A DNA stretch of 40,037 nt from Octopus bimaculoides (Eukaryota). The stretch is taken from NCBI RefSeq assembly GCF_001194135.2, contig NC_068994.1:58475745-58515781 (forward strand), in the 5' to 3' direction. A program made the position numbers and the translations under genes. This document shows, piece after piece, positions 12,181 to 23,595 of the stretch. Below the pieces are notes generated by a model. That model did not search any database. It had not been told where the DNA came from and saw only the letters and a program-made list of their open reading frames with translations. Each line of letters begins with the position of its first letter. The stretch's first letter is position 1.

Positions 12181-12834
12181 GTGGTGGTGGCGGTGGCAGC
12201 AGTGGTGGTGGCGGTCACTGTACTTTTATTGTGTAACGAATGGTGGTGGGGGGGTTGCTATAAGTAGACTGTGTGCACTAACTGTCTACTTGAAAGACCC
12301 TTATAGATATGTGTATGTGTGGTTGTGCTGTGTGAGTGCATGTGTGTGTCTGTATGTGTGTGTGTGTGTGTGTCTTTATGTGTGCAGCTTTAACTCCTTA
12401 TCTCACCTTAAAATGGTTTGTTATTGCATGTATGCATTTGTATGCCACGGTGCATATTTGTGTGTGTGTGTGTATGCATGTCTGTGTGTGTGTGTCAGTG
12501 AATGTGTGTGTGAATATTTAATTAACCCAGATATCCCAGCTCTCAACATCTCAGCAGTTTGCATCAATTATTCTAAACAACAAACTAATACACCTGACAT
12601 TATAGAAAGACTGGAACTGGTTGGTCAGGTGGATGTACCCCCCCCCCACACACACACACACCTCCTCCCAAATGTTATGGGTGGGTGGGTGCAAGGTGCA
12701 TTGACACTTGCTCTCACTAATACAGGATATTTGCTCTTTTCTGTGTTATTATCTTCTTATATCATCATTGTCGTCATCATTGTCATCGTCATCATCATCA
12801 TCAGAATTACCATCAACATCATTAGAAATGTCTA

Positions 12835-13195
12835 CTCAGTGGTTGCTTGGTTTGCTGCCAAATTCCCATCAAATGGAATTCAATGGAGCAGATTCATTTC
12901 TTTGGACAAAGTCTTTTCTGGAGGCAGTTTATTGTTTAAATGTCCACTTTTGGTGTTGGTGCCACATAATAAGCACCGATGAAGGTGCCACATAAATGGC
13001 ACCTGTGCCAGTGCCATGTACAAAGCATCCAATATAGTCTGTAAAATGGTTGGCATCAGGAAAGATACACAGCCATAGGAACCATGCCAGAACAAACAAT
13101 GGATCCAGATGTGGGCCTTGGTTTTATCAGTTCCTGTCAAGCTGTCCAACCCATGCCAGCATGGGAAATGGCCGGTAAATGATGATGATGTTTCT
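12835..13195 (+). mobile_element. SINE family C (RTE-like 3' end)
   Basis: ggtgccacataa...ggcatcaggaa...gtccaacccatgccagcatgg...gatgatgatg tail. Confidence 0.7.
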
Positions 13196-13341
13196 CTTTA
13201 CTGACATAAGTCATGCATAACTTACGAAGGTCCTTCTTGTTGCCGACCTTCATTTGCTTCCAACACGAGTATCCCTGCCCCTTCAGAGAATGGGCAGCTG
13301 ACCAGTTGGACATGTTTTGGTGGTAGCATTGTGTGTGTGTA

Positions 13342-13470
13342 GGCACAGGTGTGGCTGTGCGGTAAGAAGGTTGCTTCCCAGCCACATGGGTCTGGGTTCA
13401 GGGGCTGACCAAAGCCTTGTGAGTGGATTTGGTTAAGGAAACTGGAAAGAAGCTCATCATATGTGTGCGG

Positions 13471-13509
<39 letters not shown>

Positions 13510-13700
13510 GTCCGACACCACTTGTCAACCAGTGTTTATGTCCCCGTAACTTAGCAATTCAGCCAGAAGAGCGCAATAACATAAGTACCAAGCTTTTAAA
13601 AGAAAAATAAATACTGGAGTCCATTCATTCCATTAAAAAAGATATTCTTCCAGGCAGTGCTCCAGCATGGCGATAATCTATTGACTGAAGCAAGTAAAAA
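13342..13700 (+). mobile_element. SINE family B, full length
   Basis: ggtgtggctgtgcggtaagaaggttgcttcccagccacatgg ... gtgctccagcatgg ... gactgaagcaagtaaaa. Confidence 0.85.
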
Positions 13701-13856
13701 CACACACACTCAAACTAAATTGAATAATTTTGTCTTCTTTGTGTATATAAATGGTTTCATAAAGAAGAGGATAATTGGTAAGATAGGGAAACCAATTCAA
13801 AGAACTTCTCTTCCAAAAATGGTTTAATTATCCAAATTTTCAAAGATTAATCATTC

Positions 13857-14145
13857 TGGAGTAAAGATTATTTGCCAACATAACATGGCAGTCCTGGTTT
13901 AGGACGAATGTTGCTGTAATTTAGCCCCAGGAGACATCATCTCCAGCTGGCTATACAACACGATCTGTTCGAAAATATAAGGACACAGATCTTGTATAGC
14001 CAGCTGGAGACGATGTCTCCTGGGGCTAAAATTATAGCAACATCCGTCCTAAACCAGGACTGCCATGTTATGTTGGCAAACAGTCTTTACTCCAAAGTAC
14101 TCTGGCTGAATATCTCTCATGTGAGATTTAAAATTAGTAATTTTC
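13857..14145. mobile_element. Palindromic (foldback) MITE-like element, copy 1, with ~50-bp tail
   Basis: Arms 13857-13968 and 13985-14094 are reverse complements (5 mismatches, 2 indels) around a 16-nt loop. Tail aagtactctggctgaatatctctc...agtaattttc. Confidence 0.85.
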
Positions 14146-14204
14146 TAATTAATCATTCTGTTTTCATGCTAATTTTTCCACTTTTCCGTTTCTTGTTCTT
14201 TCAG

Positions 14205-14887
14205 ACAACTATGACATTGGTACCAACATAAAAACTCGAAAATCCTCTATAGGTTATGATTTGCCACCAAAAGTAAATCTGTACAGTGAAAATATCCTTC
14301 AAGAAGAAGAGACAACTGACAGTGTTGACCGTGGTTCCATAGCAGACCTTGGGAACATCAAACAGAATTGGGAGAACCGTTTATCGCAATCGAGTAAAGA
14401 AAGTATACCCTTTCTGAAGAAGTCAAACAAAGCGGTGAGACATTGGTCTGTGAAGTTGAACGACCCTTTAGGGAAACCGACTGTCAGCAAGAAGAATATT
14501 GTGCCAGATAGTTCTTACCACGACAACCCAAATATGAACTCCAATCTGGATCCTTCTGAAGAGGGTGAGAGTGCAATTGAACGTGAGATACGGCTGGCAT
14601 TGGAGCGTGAAGAATCTCTGAAGCGAGAACAGGAACTTCGTCTCCTTCGACTTGAGAGGGAGAGGGAGACTTCACAGGAGAATGACTATGAGAACCAACG
14701 CAATGATTGCTTGACAGAACATTTCCAACCAACATATCTTGAAATGACAGAAGCTGACCGAGCTCATGAAATTACGAAACGAGAAAATGACCTCCAGTTA
14801 GAACCAGAACTGCCAAAGAATTATAATAGTTTTAGTCCTATTGCTATTACTAGAAATTATAACAACAGCTATGAAGGCCAAATGTTT
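14205..14887 (+). CDS. Internal coding exon A of a MISP/AKAP2-like repeat protein (5' exons not located)
   Basis: Acceptor ttttccgtttcttgttctttcag|AC (phase 1). Frame is open as (D)NYDIGTNIKTRKSSIGYDLPPKV...ESAIEREIRLALEREESLKREQE...EGQMF. Donor TTT|gtaagt is phase 0. The upstream frame closes at TAA 14150-52 with no ATG, so the exon must be spliced in. Confidence 0.85.
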
Positions 14888-14964
14888 GTAAGTGCGACTG
14901 AAAAAAGTGAAAAACTGGTTAGTAATATTTCTTTTATTATTTCTGTTACGATACACACCATTAA

Positions 14965-15187
14965 CCCTTTTCTTACCATATTTCTGTTGAGACGCTTCTG
15001 TGTTTCTTTCAATTAATTTTGAATATAACAAAGAATTTAGTAAAATAAATTAGTTATCATTCAGCTTGTGTTAGGAACATAAATTGTGATTAAGGTTTGG
15101 TGGAAGATTTTAATTCAAAAACTTTTGAAAAGAAGACATTTGTACTACAGAGCCAGAACCGGTTTCAGCCGGTTCGGTATCGAAAGG
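14965..15187. mobile_element. piggyBac-like MITE
   Basis: TTAA followed by CCCTTTTCTTACC at the left end and GGTATCGAAAGG at the right end (imperfect TIR). The right TTAA is not preserved. Confidence 0.55.
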
Positions 15188-15304
15188 CAGCAACAACAAC
15201 CATTACAAAAGTTAAATGTTCTACTTTGTCCCTGATTACACCTTAAACCTTGCTGATATGAACTGCTCATCTTTTTAGGATCAGCAAATTAAATTACCAG
15301 TAAT

Positions 15305-15530
15305 TAAATGAGAATAAGTACTAGGCTTACAAAGAATAAGTCCTGGGGTTAATTTGCTCAAGTAAAGGCGGTGCTCCAGCAAGGCCGCAGTCAAATGACT
15401 GAAACAAGTAAAAGAGTATCCAGGGTCGATAAATTAAGTACCAGTTGCGTACTGGAGTCGATCTAATCAACTGGCCCCCTCCCCCAAAATTTCCGGCTTT
15501 GTGCCTAGAGTAGAAAACAATTATCTCTCT
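15305..15530 (+). mobile_element. Family B 3' end followed directly by family A 3' half
   Basis: gaataagtactaggcttacaaagaataagtcctgggg...gactgaaacaagtaaaagag, then gggtcgataaattaagtaccagttgcgtactgg. Confidence 0.8.
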
Positions 15531-15690
15531 ATTTTCTCATCCTATCATTATAATAAATAAATATATATAACCCACGGTTTATATAGTTCCCTTGCAGTGG
15601 AGTATTAACTGTAATGTCCAACATTCCTTGTAAAGGTAACTAACCTGTACTTTCATAGGATTTTGCTATCCCTTAATGAGGTTTGTAACC

Positions 15691-15753
<63 letters not shown>

Positions 15754-15774
15754 ATATATATATATATATATATG

Positions 15775-15960
15775 TGTGCCATATAAAAAGCACCAAGTCC
15801 ACTTTGCTGAGTGGTTGGTGTTAAGAAGGGCAGACAGTTGTAAAAATCCTGTCAAAACAGTCTCAGCAGTCTGCTGCAGGCTACTGCCTGGTCGGCTCCT
15901 GTCAAACCGTCCCACCCATGCCAGCATGGAAGGTGGACGTTAAACGATGATGATGATGAT
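15775..15960 (+). mobile_element. SINE family C
   Basis: gtgccatataaaaagcacc...ccatgccagcatggaaggtggacgttaaacgatgatgatgat. Confidence 0.8.
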
Positions 15961-16444
15961 ACACACACACACACACAAACACGCACGCACACAAACACAC
16001 CTGCATATGTTTTTGTATTTAAAACGATTGCTATCTTAGGAAACCTTTGGTGCATAGCTACGGAGGAATGTGACTCTCGGCAATATGCCCTACCTACTTT
16101 ATAGACCCTATCTACTTCGATTATTGAATCATCTGCTCCTTGGCCAGGTGAGGTGAGTGAGGTACAACTCCCTCCCCCACCCTCGCTCTCCTTTTTCAAG
16201 TGAAATTGTTAAAATATTTCCATTACTGATATAACATTACTTGCTGTTGTTGTTGTTTGATCTATTTTTGAACTTGGTGAGATTCCAGTTTTACCTGGTC
16301 AGGTAGAGAGAGAGAGAGAGGAGAAAAAAAACAAGTAAACACCCTTCACACTCTTCACCCTCTTATATATCTCTGGGTGTGTGGTGGGGGAGGCACTTAC
16401 AAACCACTGTCACTTTGTGACTGACACTGTTGCCTTGTCACCAG

Positions 16445-16685
16445 AGCGCCACCACCACCAACACCACCACCACTTTTAACACCACCGTTACTACTATTAC
16501 TGCTACTGCTACTACTACCACTACCTCTCAGTCACCACTACCACCACTACCACCACCAACACCATCACTACCACCACTGTAACTACTACATCTCTGCCAT
16601 CACCATGACTGGAACTCCCTATCATCACTCACAACTATGCCTCCATCACTCATACAACCACCACTACTACTACTACTACTACCAC
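16445..16685. repeat. Degenerate (CCA)n/(CTA)n triplet tract
   Basis: Read directly; similar tracts at 1-175, 616-775 and 893-1035. Confidence 0.85.
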
Positions 16686-16929
16686 TGACCGAGAAATAGC
16701 AGCCAGAATCCCCTTAAATCACATGCTTGCATCTTAGAAAAGACGGATGCAACTGACTGGCTAATGTTGTCTTGGATGTGATGTATCTGAGCTGTGAGCA
16801 GGATGGTTATGGTTGGAGCTCCTTTTATCATTGGTTTGTGTAATCATGGTAGGCTCCAGCTGGCCTAGGCTAAACAAGAACAACACCCATGTGGGTTTAT
16901 CATCATTTAACATCCTATATATGTGCCAT

Positions 16930-17115
16930 GCTGCTTGTTTCAGTCATTGGACTGTGGCCATGCTGGGGCATGGCATTGAAGCATTTAATCAAATAAATCA
17001 ACCCCTGTATTTATTTCTCTGAATCTGGTATTTATTCCATCAGTCTCATTTGTAGAACTGCTAAGTTACAGAGATGTAAACAATTCAACACCAGTTGTCA
17101 AGTGGAGGGTGGGGA
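16930..17115 (-). mobile_element. SINE family B 3' half
   Basis: tttcagtcattggactgtggccatgctgg is the reverse complement of the family B tail; ctgctaagttac also present. Confidence 0.7.
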
Positions 17116-17357
17116 GCCAAGCACAGCATTATTTGATAGATATTTAGCTGCTGTTTCTAGCATGATGAACAACTACACAAAAGTACTCACATGTTGGAAG
17201 AATTTTCATGTCAGCTTAACTAATGTAGAGGGCAACAAGATTATTTTTACCAAAGTTCTCTGTAGCAAGAATTGTGAATTCCACAAGTAGTTGACCAAAG
17301 ATTTTCTCTTTTACCAAAATTTTAGATTTGACCCACATTGATGTCAGGTAAAAAGCG

Positions 17358-17535
17358 CTGGTGCTGGGGCCACATAAAAGCACCCAGTACACTCTATAAA
17401 GTGTTTGGTGTTAGGAAGGACATCCAGCCATAGAAACTATACCAAAATAGACCATAGGAGCCTGGTGCAGCTCTCCAGCCCTGCCTGTTCCTGTCAAATT
17501 GTCCAACCCATGCCAGCATGGAAAATGGACATTAT
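17358..17535 (+). mobile_element. SINE family C
   Basis: gctggtgctggggccacataaaagcacc...catccagcc...ccatgccagcatggaaaatggac. Confidence 0.8.
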
Positions 17536-18230
17536 CCTACCGATAGCATTGTAAATGATTTTAGCAACAATGTCATGTTGCATGAGAAGATTGTACCTTG
17601 CAGGTATTTTTAGTAAGCAGCTGATAATGAGGCTATGGCGCTATCAGCGCTGGTATGGCACTATCGACATTTTCTATCACAACAGAGATGTCTGGAGGTC
17701 TCCATATCTCTTTTATTGATTGGGAAATGAGGAGCTATCTCTTGTTCCTGAATATCAAAGGCATATCCTTCTTGGTGAGCTCTAATGTATCTATCACAGA
17801 TCCCTGAGTGAAGCTGCTTCTCCTATTAATGTTCCTGGTATTCTCTGGTTTACAGGATATCCAACTTTCTGCTGGTATGGTGAGTGTTTTTCTATTTACG
17901 TAGATAAATCCACTTACCATTGCGTCTTAGGCATGCTTGTATATTTTCTTGGTTTTATATTTTAGAATTTCTCACCAACAGAGCAAGATTTTAGTCTAGA
18001 GACAAAGCTTTTTCATTGGATTTGGAAAAAACTTTAAGTAGTCTTGTGTGTGTGTGTGCATTCATTAGCTATCCTAATTATGTTGTTGACTTTGTGGTCA
18101 CAAACTTAGCCGAGTTAGTTACTGGTTTCTTTCTTCTGCTACAAATATTGCTTCAGTGTCGCAATCTGTGCTTCATATGTCATTTATACTTATTCAAGAC
18201 CAAGGCTACGATTATGACAGTTTCATTACT
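17530..18230 (-). mobile_element. Degraded R4/NeSL-type RLE LINE, same lineage as 5190-6070, antisense in intron A-B
   Basis: YEAQIATLKQYL, VCDHKVNNIIRIANE, RYIRAHQEGYAFDIQEQEI, CDRKCR*CH, HDIVAKIIYNAI. Confidence 0.8.
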
Positions 18231-18249
18231 CTTCCAGTAAGTTATGTTT

Positions 18250-18380
18250 TCCGAGGTCAACTTTGCCTTTCATCCTTTCAGGGTCAATAATTAAGTACCA
18301 GTTGCGTACTGGGGTCAGTCTAATCAACTGGCCCCCACTCTCCAAATATTTCAGGCCTTGTGCCTAGAGCAGAAAAGAAT
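18250..18380 (+). mobile_element. SINE family A 3' half
   Basis: ccgaggtcaactttgcctttcatcctttcagggtcaataattaagtaccagttgcgtactgggg. Confidence 0.8.
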
Positions 18381-18482
18381 AAGTTTCCATAATTAGATAT
18401 ACTCATCATAACTCCACAGGTTATAGTTTCACAGCAAAATTAATTATATATTAATTAAACATTTTGTATATGATTTCCATAT

Positions 18483-18900
18483 ACATCATCATCATCATCA
18501 TCATCATGAATTAATGTCCATTTTCGATGCTGTCATGGGTTTGGATGGGTTCACTGGAGCCAGCACCAGGGGTCTCAATGTCTGCCTTGGCATGGTTTCT
18601 ATGGCTGGAGGCCTTTCCTAATGCCAACCACTTTACAGAGTGCTTCACTGGGTGCTTTTCATATGGCACTGATGCTTTTTGCATGGCACCAGCACCAGTG
18701 GGGTTGCCAAGTAACTTGTAAGACAAGGAGCCCCTTGGCTGAGAGAGGGAGAGTGGAACTGAGGGAGGGGGCTTTGTGTCAGTTGAGGGATTAAACTATA
18801 ATAGAGGGACAGACTTGGTTATCTTACTATAAAGGAGACACTTGGCTAACCCCCCAACCTCGACCCCATAGGAAAAGAAAGGAGAAGAAAGAGAAATAGA
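18483..18900 (-). mobile_element. Family C / RTE-derived 3' end
   Basis: (CAT)n followed by gtccattttcgatgctgtcatggg...ggtgcttt...ggcaccagcacc...ccaagtaacttgtaagac (reverse complement of family C). Confidence 0.7.
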
Positions 18901-19280
18901 GTTAGGCAGAAAGACAAAGGGACAGAGAATGAGAGAGAGAAATCGATGGTGGTGGTGGTGGTGGTGGTGGTGGTGATGAATCAGGACCTACCCATAGAGT
19001 ATAATGGAGATGAATATAAGTGGTACAGAAGGGATAGAAGGGGATGTTTGATAAAAGTATGAGGGGAGATGTTTAGAGATGGAGAAGAGGTGGCTGTAGC
19101 AAGTGATGCTGAGAGAAATTATAAGGGCTGACGCTGTCTTTGCAATTTGTTATTATAATTGTGTGTGTGTGTGTGTGTGCGTATGTGTGTGCAAAATGTA
19201 TAAGTTAAAGTGTGTGTTTGTGCATTTATGTGTAACGTGGATACATGAGCCTTGATTTGTGTTTTTCTCTTTGATTCTAG

Positions 19281-19758
19281 ACCCCAATGGAATACGGAGA
19301 AACTGTGGTCCAGACAGAAATACGTTTGCAGAAAGAAAAAGAAAAACGTTTTGCCAGAAGATCCAGCAACTACAACGACAACAACAAAACTGACAGCAAT
19401 GACAACAACAACAACAACAACAACCACACAGCTAAGACTGATTCCACTAACTTTGACTCTGTAGACAGTTCCACCTCGAGCTCTGACAAACCTGTGAATG
19501 AACCACCAAAAGAAAAACTTGGTTCTCCTTTACGAATCCCTCCTACGAGCAAAATCGCTCAAGAACTCCAAGAAATCAGACAACGGGAGGCGGAACTGAA
19601 ACGCATGCGACAAAATTTGATTGAAAGGAAAATGGCAAATGAAGAACCAACAGAGAATGTTGTCAATGAGTGTACAGTGGAAGACAAAGTTACTGAGGCT
19701 TCATCAGTGTCATGTGAAAGTGATAAGGTCAATGGTAATGTTGAGAGCAGCACAGAAG

Positions 19759-19803
<45 letters not shown>

Positions 19804-20395
19804 TAAATCCATTTGAGACACCAATTGAAAGAGAAATCCGTCTGGCACAGGAACGAGAAATGCAGTTCAAACTTGATAAGGGAGTCCCTGTTGAGAAAAA
19901 GCCATCTGTTGCGGTGAGCATAGATAAAAAGAGCCAGGTATCAGTGAAACCAAAATTTTCATTGAAGAACAACACTGAAAAAGGCGTCACAATGAAGAAA
20001 ATTGCTTCAAGCCGTCTTCAGGAGGAAATAAAGAAGGAGGTCAAACGAGAAGTGAGTTTGCGAGACAGTGGGAGAATAAGCACAACTTCAGTGGAGCGAA
20101 TGGGGGAACAGAAAAAATACAGAGAGGTATCCCCCGTCACTCCCAAACGAAACTTCACAACTGTTAGAAAGTCATCTGTAGCTTCAGTAGAAAGTGTCCC
20201 AGGAGATGCAGATTGTGTTGATGGTCCCAGCACAGTAGCAACATCGGTGGAGCCACAAAAATCTACTGGCCCTAATTTTAAAATTCAGAAGCCAAAGGTG
20301 TCAACTACATTTTCATACCGAGAAGTTAAGAGCAATGCCGGCAGCCTTATTGAACAGGAATTACGAGAAATGAAAGAAAGGGAAGATGAATTAAA
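19281..20395 (+). CDS. Coding exon B of the MISP/AKAP2-like repeat protein
   Basis: Acceptor gtttttctctttgattctag|ACC CCA ATG is phase 0 and matches the exon A donor. 371-codon open frame containing ETPIEREIRLAQERE and SLIEQELREMKEREDELK. Donor TTA AA|gtaagt is phase 2. Confidence 0.92.
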
Positions 20396-20607
20396 GTAAG
20401 TTGGCTCTAATATTCCTTTCCTATACACACACACACACACACACATACTTTATTATTAAAGCTGCAAAAACATTACAAAGATATCTTTGGAGAGTAAAGA
20501 TGGGGAGAAAAGTTATTCAGACAATGGAAATGCTTATGGTTAGAGACCAATATGACTGACTTGCTATTTGAGAGGTTGGTGAGTTATGTGATGTACAAGA
20601 TTATCTT

Positions 20608-20895
20608 TGGAGTAAAGATTGTTTGCCAACATAACATAGCAGTCCTGGTTTAGGATGAATGTTGCTATAATTTAGCCCCTGGAGACATCATCTCCAGCTG
20701 GCTATATGACACGATCTGTGTCCTTATAATTTCAAACAAGCACCCCCACTCAGCTCAAAACAATGTCTCCTGGGGCTAAATTACAGCAACATTCGTCCTA
20801 AACCAGGACTGCCATGTTATGTTGGCAAACAATCTTTACTCCAAAGTACTCTGGCTGAATATCTCTCGTTGTGAGATTTAAAAATAGTAATTTTC
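20608..20895. mobile_element. Palindromic MITE-like element, copy 2
   Basis: Same arms (20608-20843) and same right tail as copy 1. The central segment is inverted and the inner right arm is replaced by ~25 unrelated nt. Confidence 0.85.
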
Positions 20896-21198
20896 AAGAA
20901 TATCTTTGTTCTCTTTCTCAAATGAAAGCCTTGCAGATGTTACCATGTTTTCAGTTCAACCAACTTGGGAATAGTATTTTGAGTGTGTGATGGATGTGAA
21001 AGAATGACACCCAAAATGATATTTTGAGCCAAACCATCATTTTGGGCTTCAGAGCTGGAACATATTTGCTACCAAAAATAGTGATTTTTAGTGTAATTAT
21101 GGGGATAGAGATGTCTATAATTGTTAGGACCTCTACCATTATAGTGTTTCCTTTTTCTTTGCCATCTTATAGTTACTTTCTCTTTCTCTGTTCTTCAG

Positions 21199-21268
21199 AA
21201 ATCGGCACAAAAGTTCCATTCCACAAGTTTCTACCACCATCACTGAACATAATGATGAAGAAGAATAA
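21199..21268 (+). CDS. Probable terminal coding exon C, (K)NRHKSSIPQVSTTITEHNDEEE*
   Basis: Strong acceptor tactttctctttctctgttcttcag|A completes the phase-2 codon AAA and gives EREDELK-NRH. TAA at 21266-68. Confidence 0.65.
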
Positions 21269-21458
21269 ATGAGGACATTGAATGTTTCAAGAGGAATGAT
21301 GAAACTCTATGATCTGCTGTGGAACATTGGTTCACAGAAACGGAGAGTCAAGGAAAGACACATACTTCACTTATGTAGACTGCATATTCACTTATATACA
21401 CCTACACATGTACATCCTATATGTCTAGCAAGAATCTGGCCATGTTGTAAAGAAGATG

Positions 21459-21500
<42 letters not shown>

Positions 21501-21547
21501 GTATATGTGCATATATGTACAGAGTATTCTTAAGTTCCTTTACCATT

Positions 21548-21588
21548 AATAAACCAGCTAAGAACTGAGGTGAGTTGAGTTTAATAAA
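21548..21588 (+). terminator. Candidate poly(A) signals of the gene (two AATAAA)
   Basis: AATAAA at 21548-53 and 21583-88, followed by a U/C-rich tract about 300 nt after the stop. No transcript evidence. Confidence 0.3.
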
Positions 21589-21873
21589 ACATTTGTCTCC
21601 CATCCTCTCTACCCCCTTACTTCCCTTCACCACAGCCTTCAACCAACTCCCTAATGCATTCATTTGCACACCTGACCCCAGACCCCGGTGACTGCTGTGT
21701 CTCAGGAATACCAGAATAGCTGGCCTACTCCCCTGCACTTCATGTTGCTAGCTGTACAGACCACTCCTACGTTTGTATTAGGTTTGCTTACACAGTTACA
21801 CAGAATTAGCTTTATATTTTGTTGCTTTTAAATACGGAATATTCTCCCATTTTTTTTATGATAACATTTTTCT

Positions 21874-21930
21874 GAAATATATGATATGAAATATATGATA
21901 TGAAATATATGATATGAAACAAAGATATTT
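21874..21930 (+). repeat. 14-bp tandem repeat GAAATATATGATAT x3 plus a degenerate unit
   Basis: Read directly. Confidence 0.8.
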
Positions 21931-23399
21931 CCAATATATAGATATTCTATAATAGTAAAAAAAATAATTCAAAAGATCACTACACACGTTTCAATAGCAT
22001 GGTTTACTCCAAAATATAAAGTCTGTAACATTACATATTAGTTAACTTCCTGTGAATTTGTATAAAAACACCATTTCATCAGGTTATGTTGTACCGAAGA
22101 TGTTGGCATTATACGAGTATGAATTTCAAAGGATATTCATAAGAAAATTGCAAAGATAATATCAAAAATCTAGAATAACAAAATTCTAAGACAAATTACA
22201 CGTCATTTAAATTCTTCAGGTCCTTCTGAATCACTCTTCATATGTGTAACACACACACACAATATATATATATAAAGAAGTTAGCAAATTGTTAATCAGA
22301 AGACTCCACACTTTTTTTTTTTCTGCACATCAAAGGCATAGGAAGAATGTCTTCAGCCACAGCCGAGCATTACAAGATTCAAATTACTTCAGTTCTTCTA
22401 ATTCACACAACATTATGCATATCAACACACTCCTACACATGCGCATGCATGTATGTGTATGTGTGTGCCACATACACACACAGAAAGACAGCTAATAGTA
22501 AGAATGGGGAGGAACTTTGCAGGGATTCTCTCTGCTGCTGCTGCTGCTGCTGGGTGATGATAATTACAATCATGATGATGATGGTGATGTAATGTGACAC
22601 TGAAACCGACCTAGGTATTTGGTGGAACTATTTCTTCATATTTCTGAATCTCAGCTCAACACAACTGTAAGGGGTCGGTTTGTTGCAAGGCATTCCAAAT
22701 AACCAGTGCCATTTGCCTCCAACCTACCCTACTACCCTTCCACCTCTATCCTACCACCTGTATTATGGGTAAATCTTCCTGCCAATGTGATAGAAAAATA
22801 GTTTTAAAAGTGCTTTCGTGAATGGAACTGATGCTAAAGAAATTTGTAATTATGTTTATGCTTTCTAACAGACATATGTGAGTGTGTGTGTGTGTGTGTG
22901 TGTGTCTCCATTGCTGATGGTGGTAGTGACGATGATGATGAAGCACAACATATACAATGCTGTACTCTGTACTCTAATATAAACCATTTAGTCAATGGTG
23001 TATAGTGTACTTTGATGGCAAAATATATATACTAGGCTTGTATGTGATGCTGTAGTATTATACGATACATAGTACTGTACTGTACTCTGATGTAAGTCTT
23101 ATTGGTTTTGGTGGCCAAAGCAAAAACAGAACATGGCAATAGTTTTATTGGATTCAAAGTAAGAATGGTGATTTTTCCCTTTCATCATTCTGGAATTAAT
23201 GAAATAACTTCCAGTCACCTTCTAGGGACCAATTTACTCTGTCATCCCCTTTCTTTTTAAGCTTGTACCTTCGTGATGGTATCATCACCATCATCATCAC
23301 CATCATCATCACCATCATCATCACCATCATCACCATCATCATCATGCACTTAAGTGACCCAGTTTTGTTCCTGTTTTTAACAATTATGGTCAAAGCAGA

Positions 23400-23520
23400 A
23401 ATGTCACCAACATAATCTTCTTTATATAAATCTAAAATTTCTGCTTTGCCAAAAACTAAATATATATTCTTCTAATATCATCTACTATTAGAATTAAAAA
23501 CAATATGCCCAATATTATGA
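23400..23520 (+). mobile_element. Possible Penelope-like relic
   Basis: SRNVTNI ... TIRIKNNMPNI weakly matches S.NVKTNI ... TIKISYSCMPNI. Confidence 0.25.
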
Positions 23521-23532
23521 TTATTATTATTA

Positions 23533-23594
<62 letters not shown>

Positions 23595-23595
23595 T
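23518..23595. repeat. (TTA)n microsatellite
   Basis: Read directly; (CAT/CAC)n tract nearby at 23280-23345. Confidence 0.95.

Noticed and set aside
14888-15016. C-terminal 42 aa of the 251-aa ORF as constitutive CDS
   Set aside because: A gtaagt donor at 14888 is phase-matched to exon B, and the tail runs into a MITE. Kept only as a hypothetical isoform.
19252-20233. Overlapping ORFs (poly-Q, poly-T and antisense)
   Set aside because: They are alternative-frame or antisense shadows of exon B.
22601-22681. AAACCGACC ... GGTCGGTTT inverted pair as a MITE
   Set aside because: Only 9 bp with no extension or TSD; could be chance.
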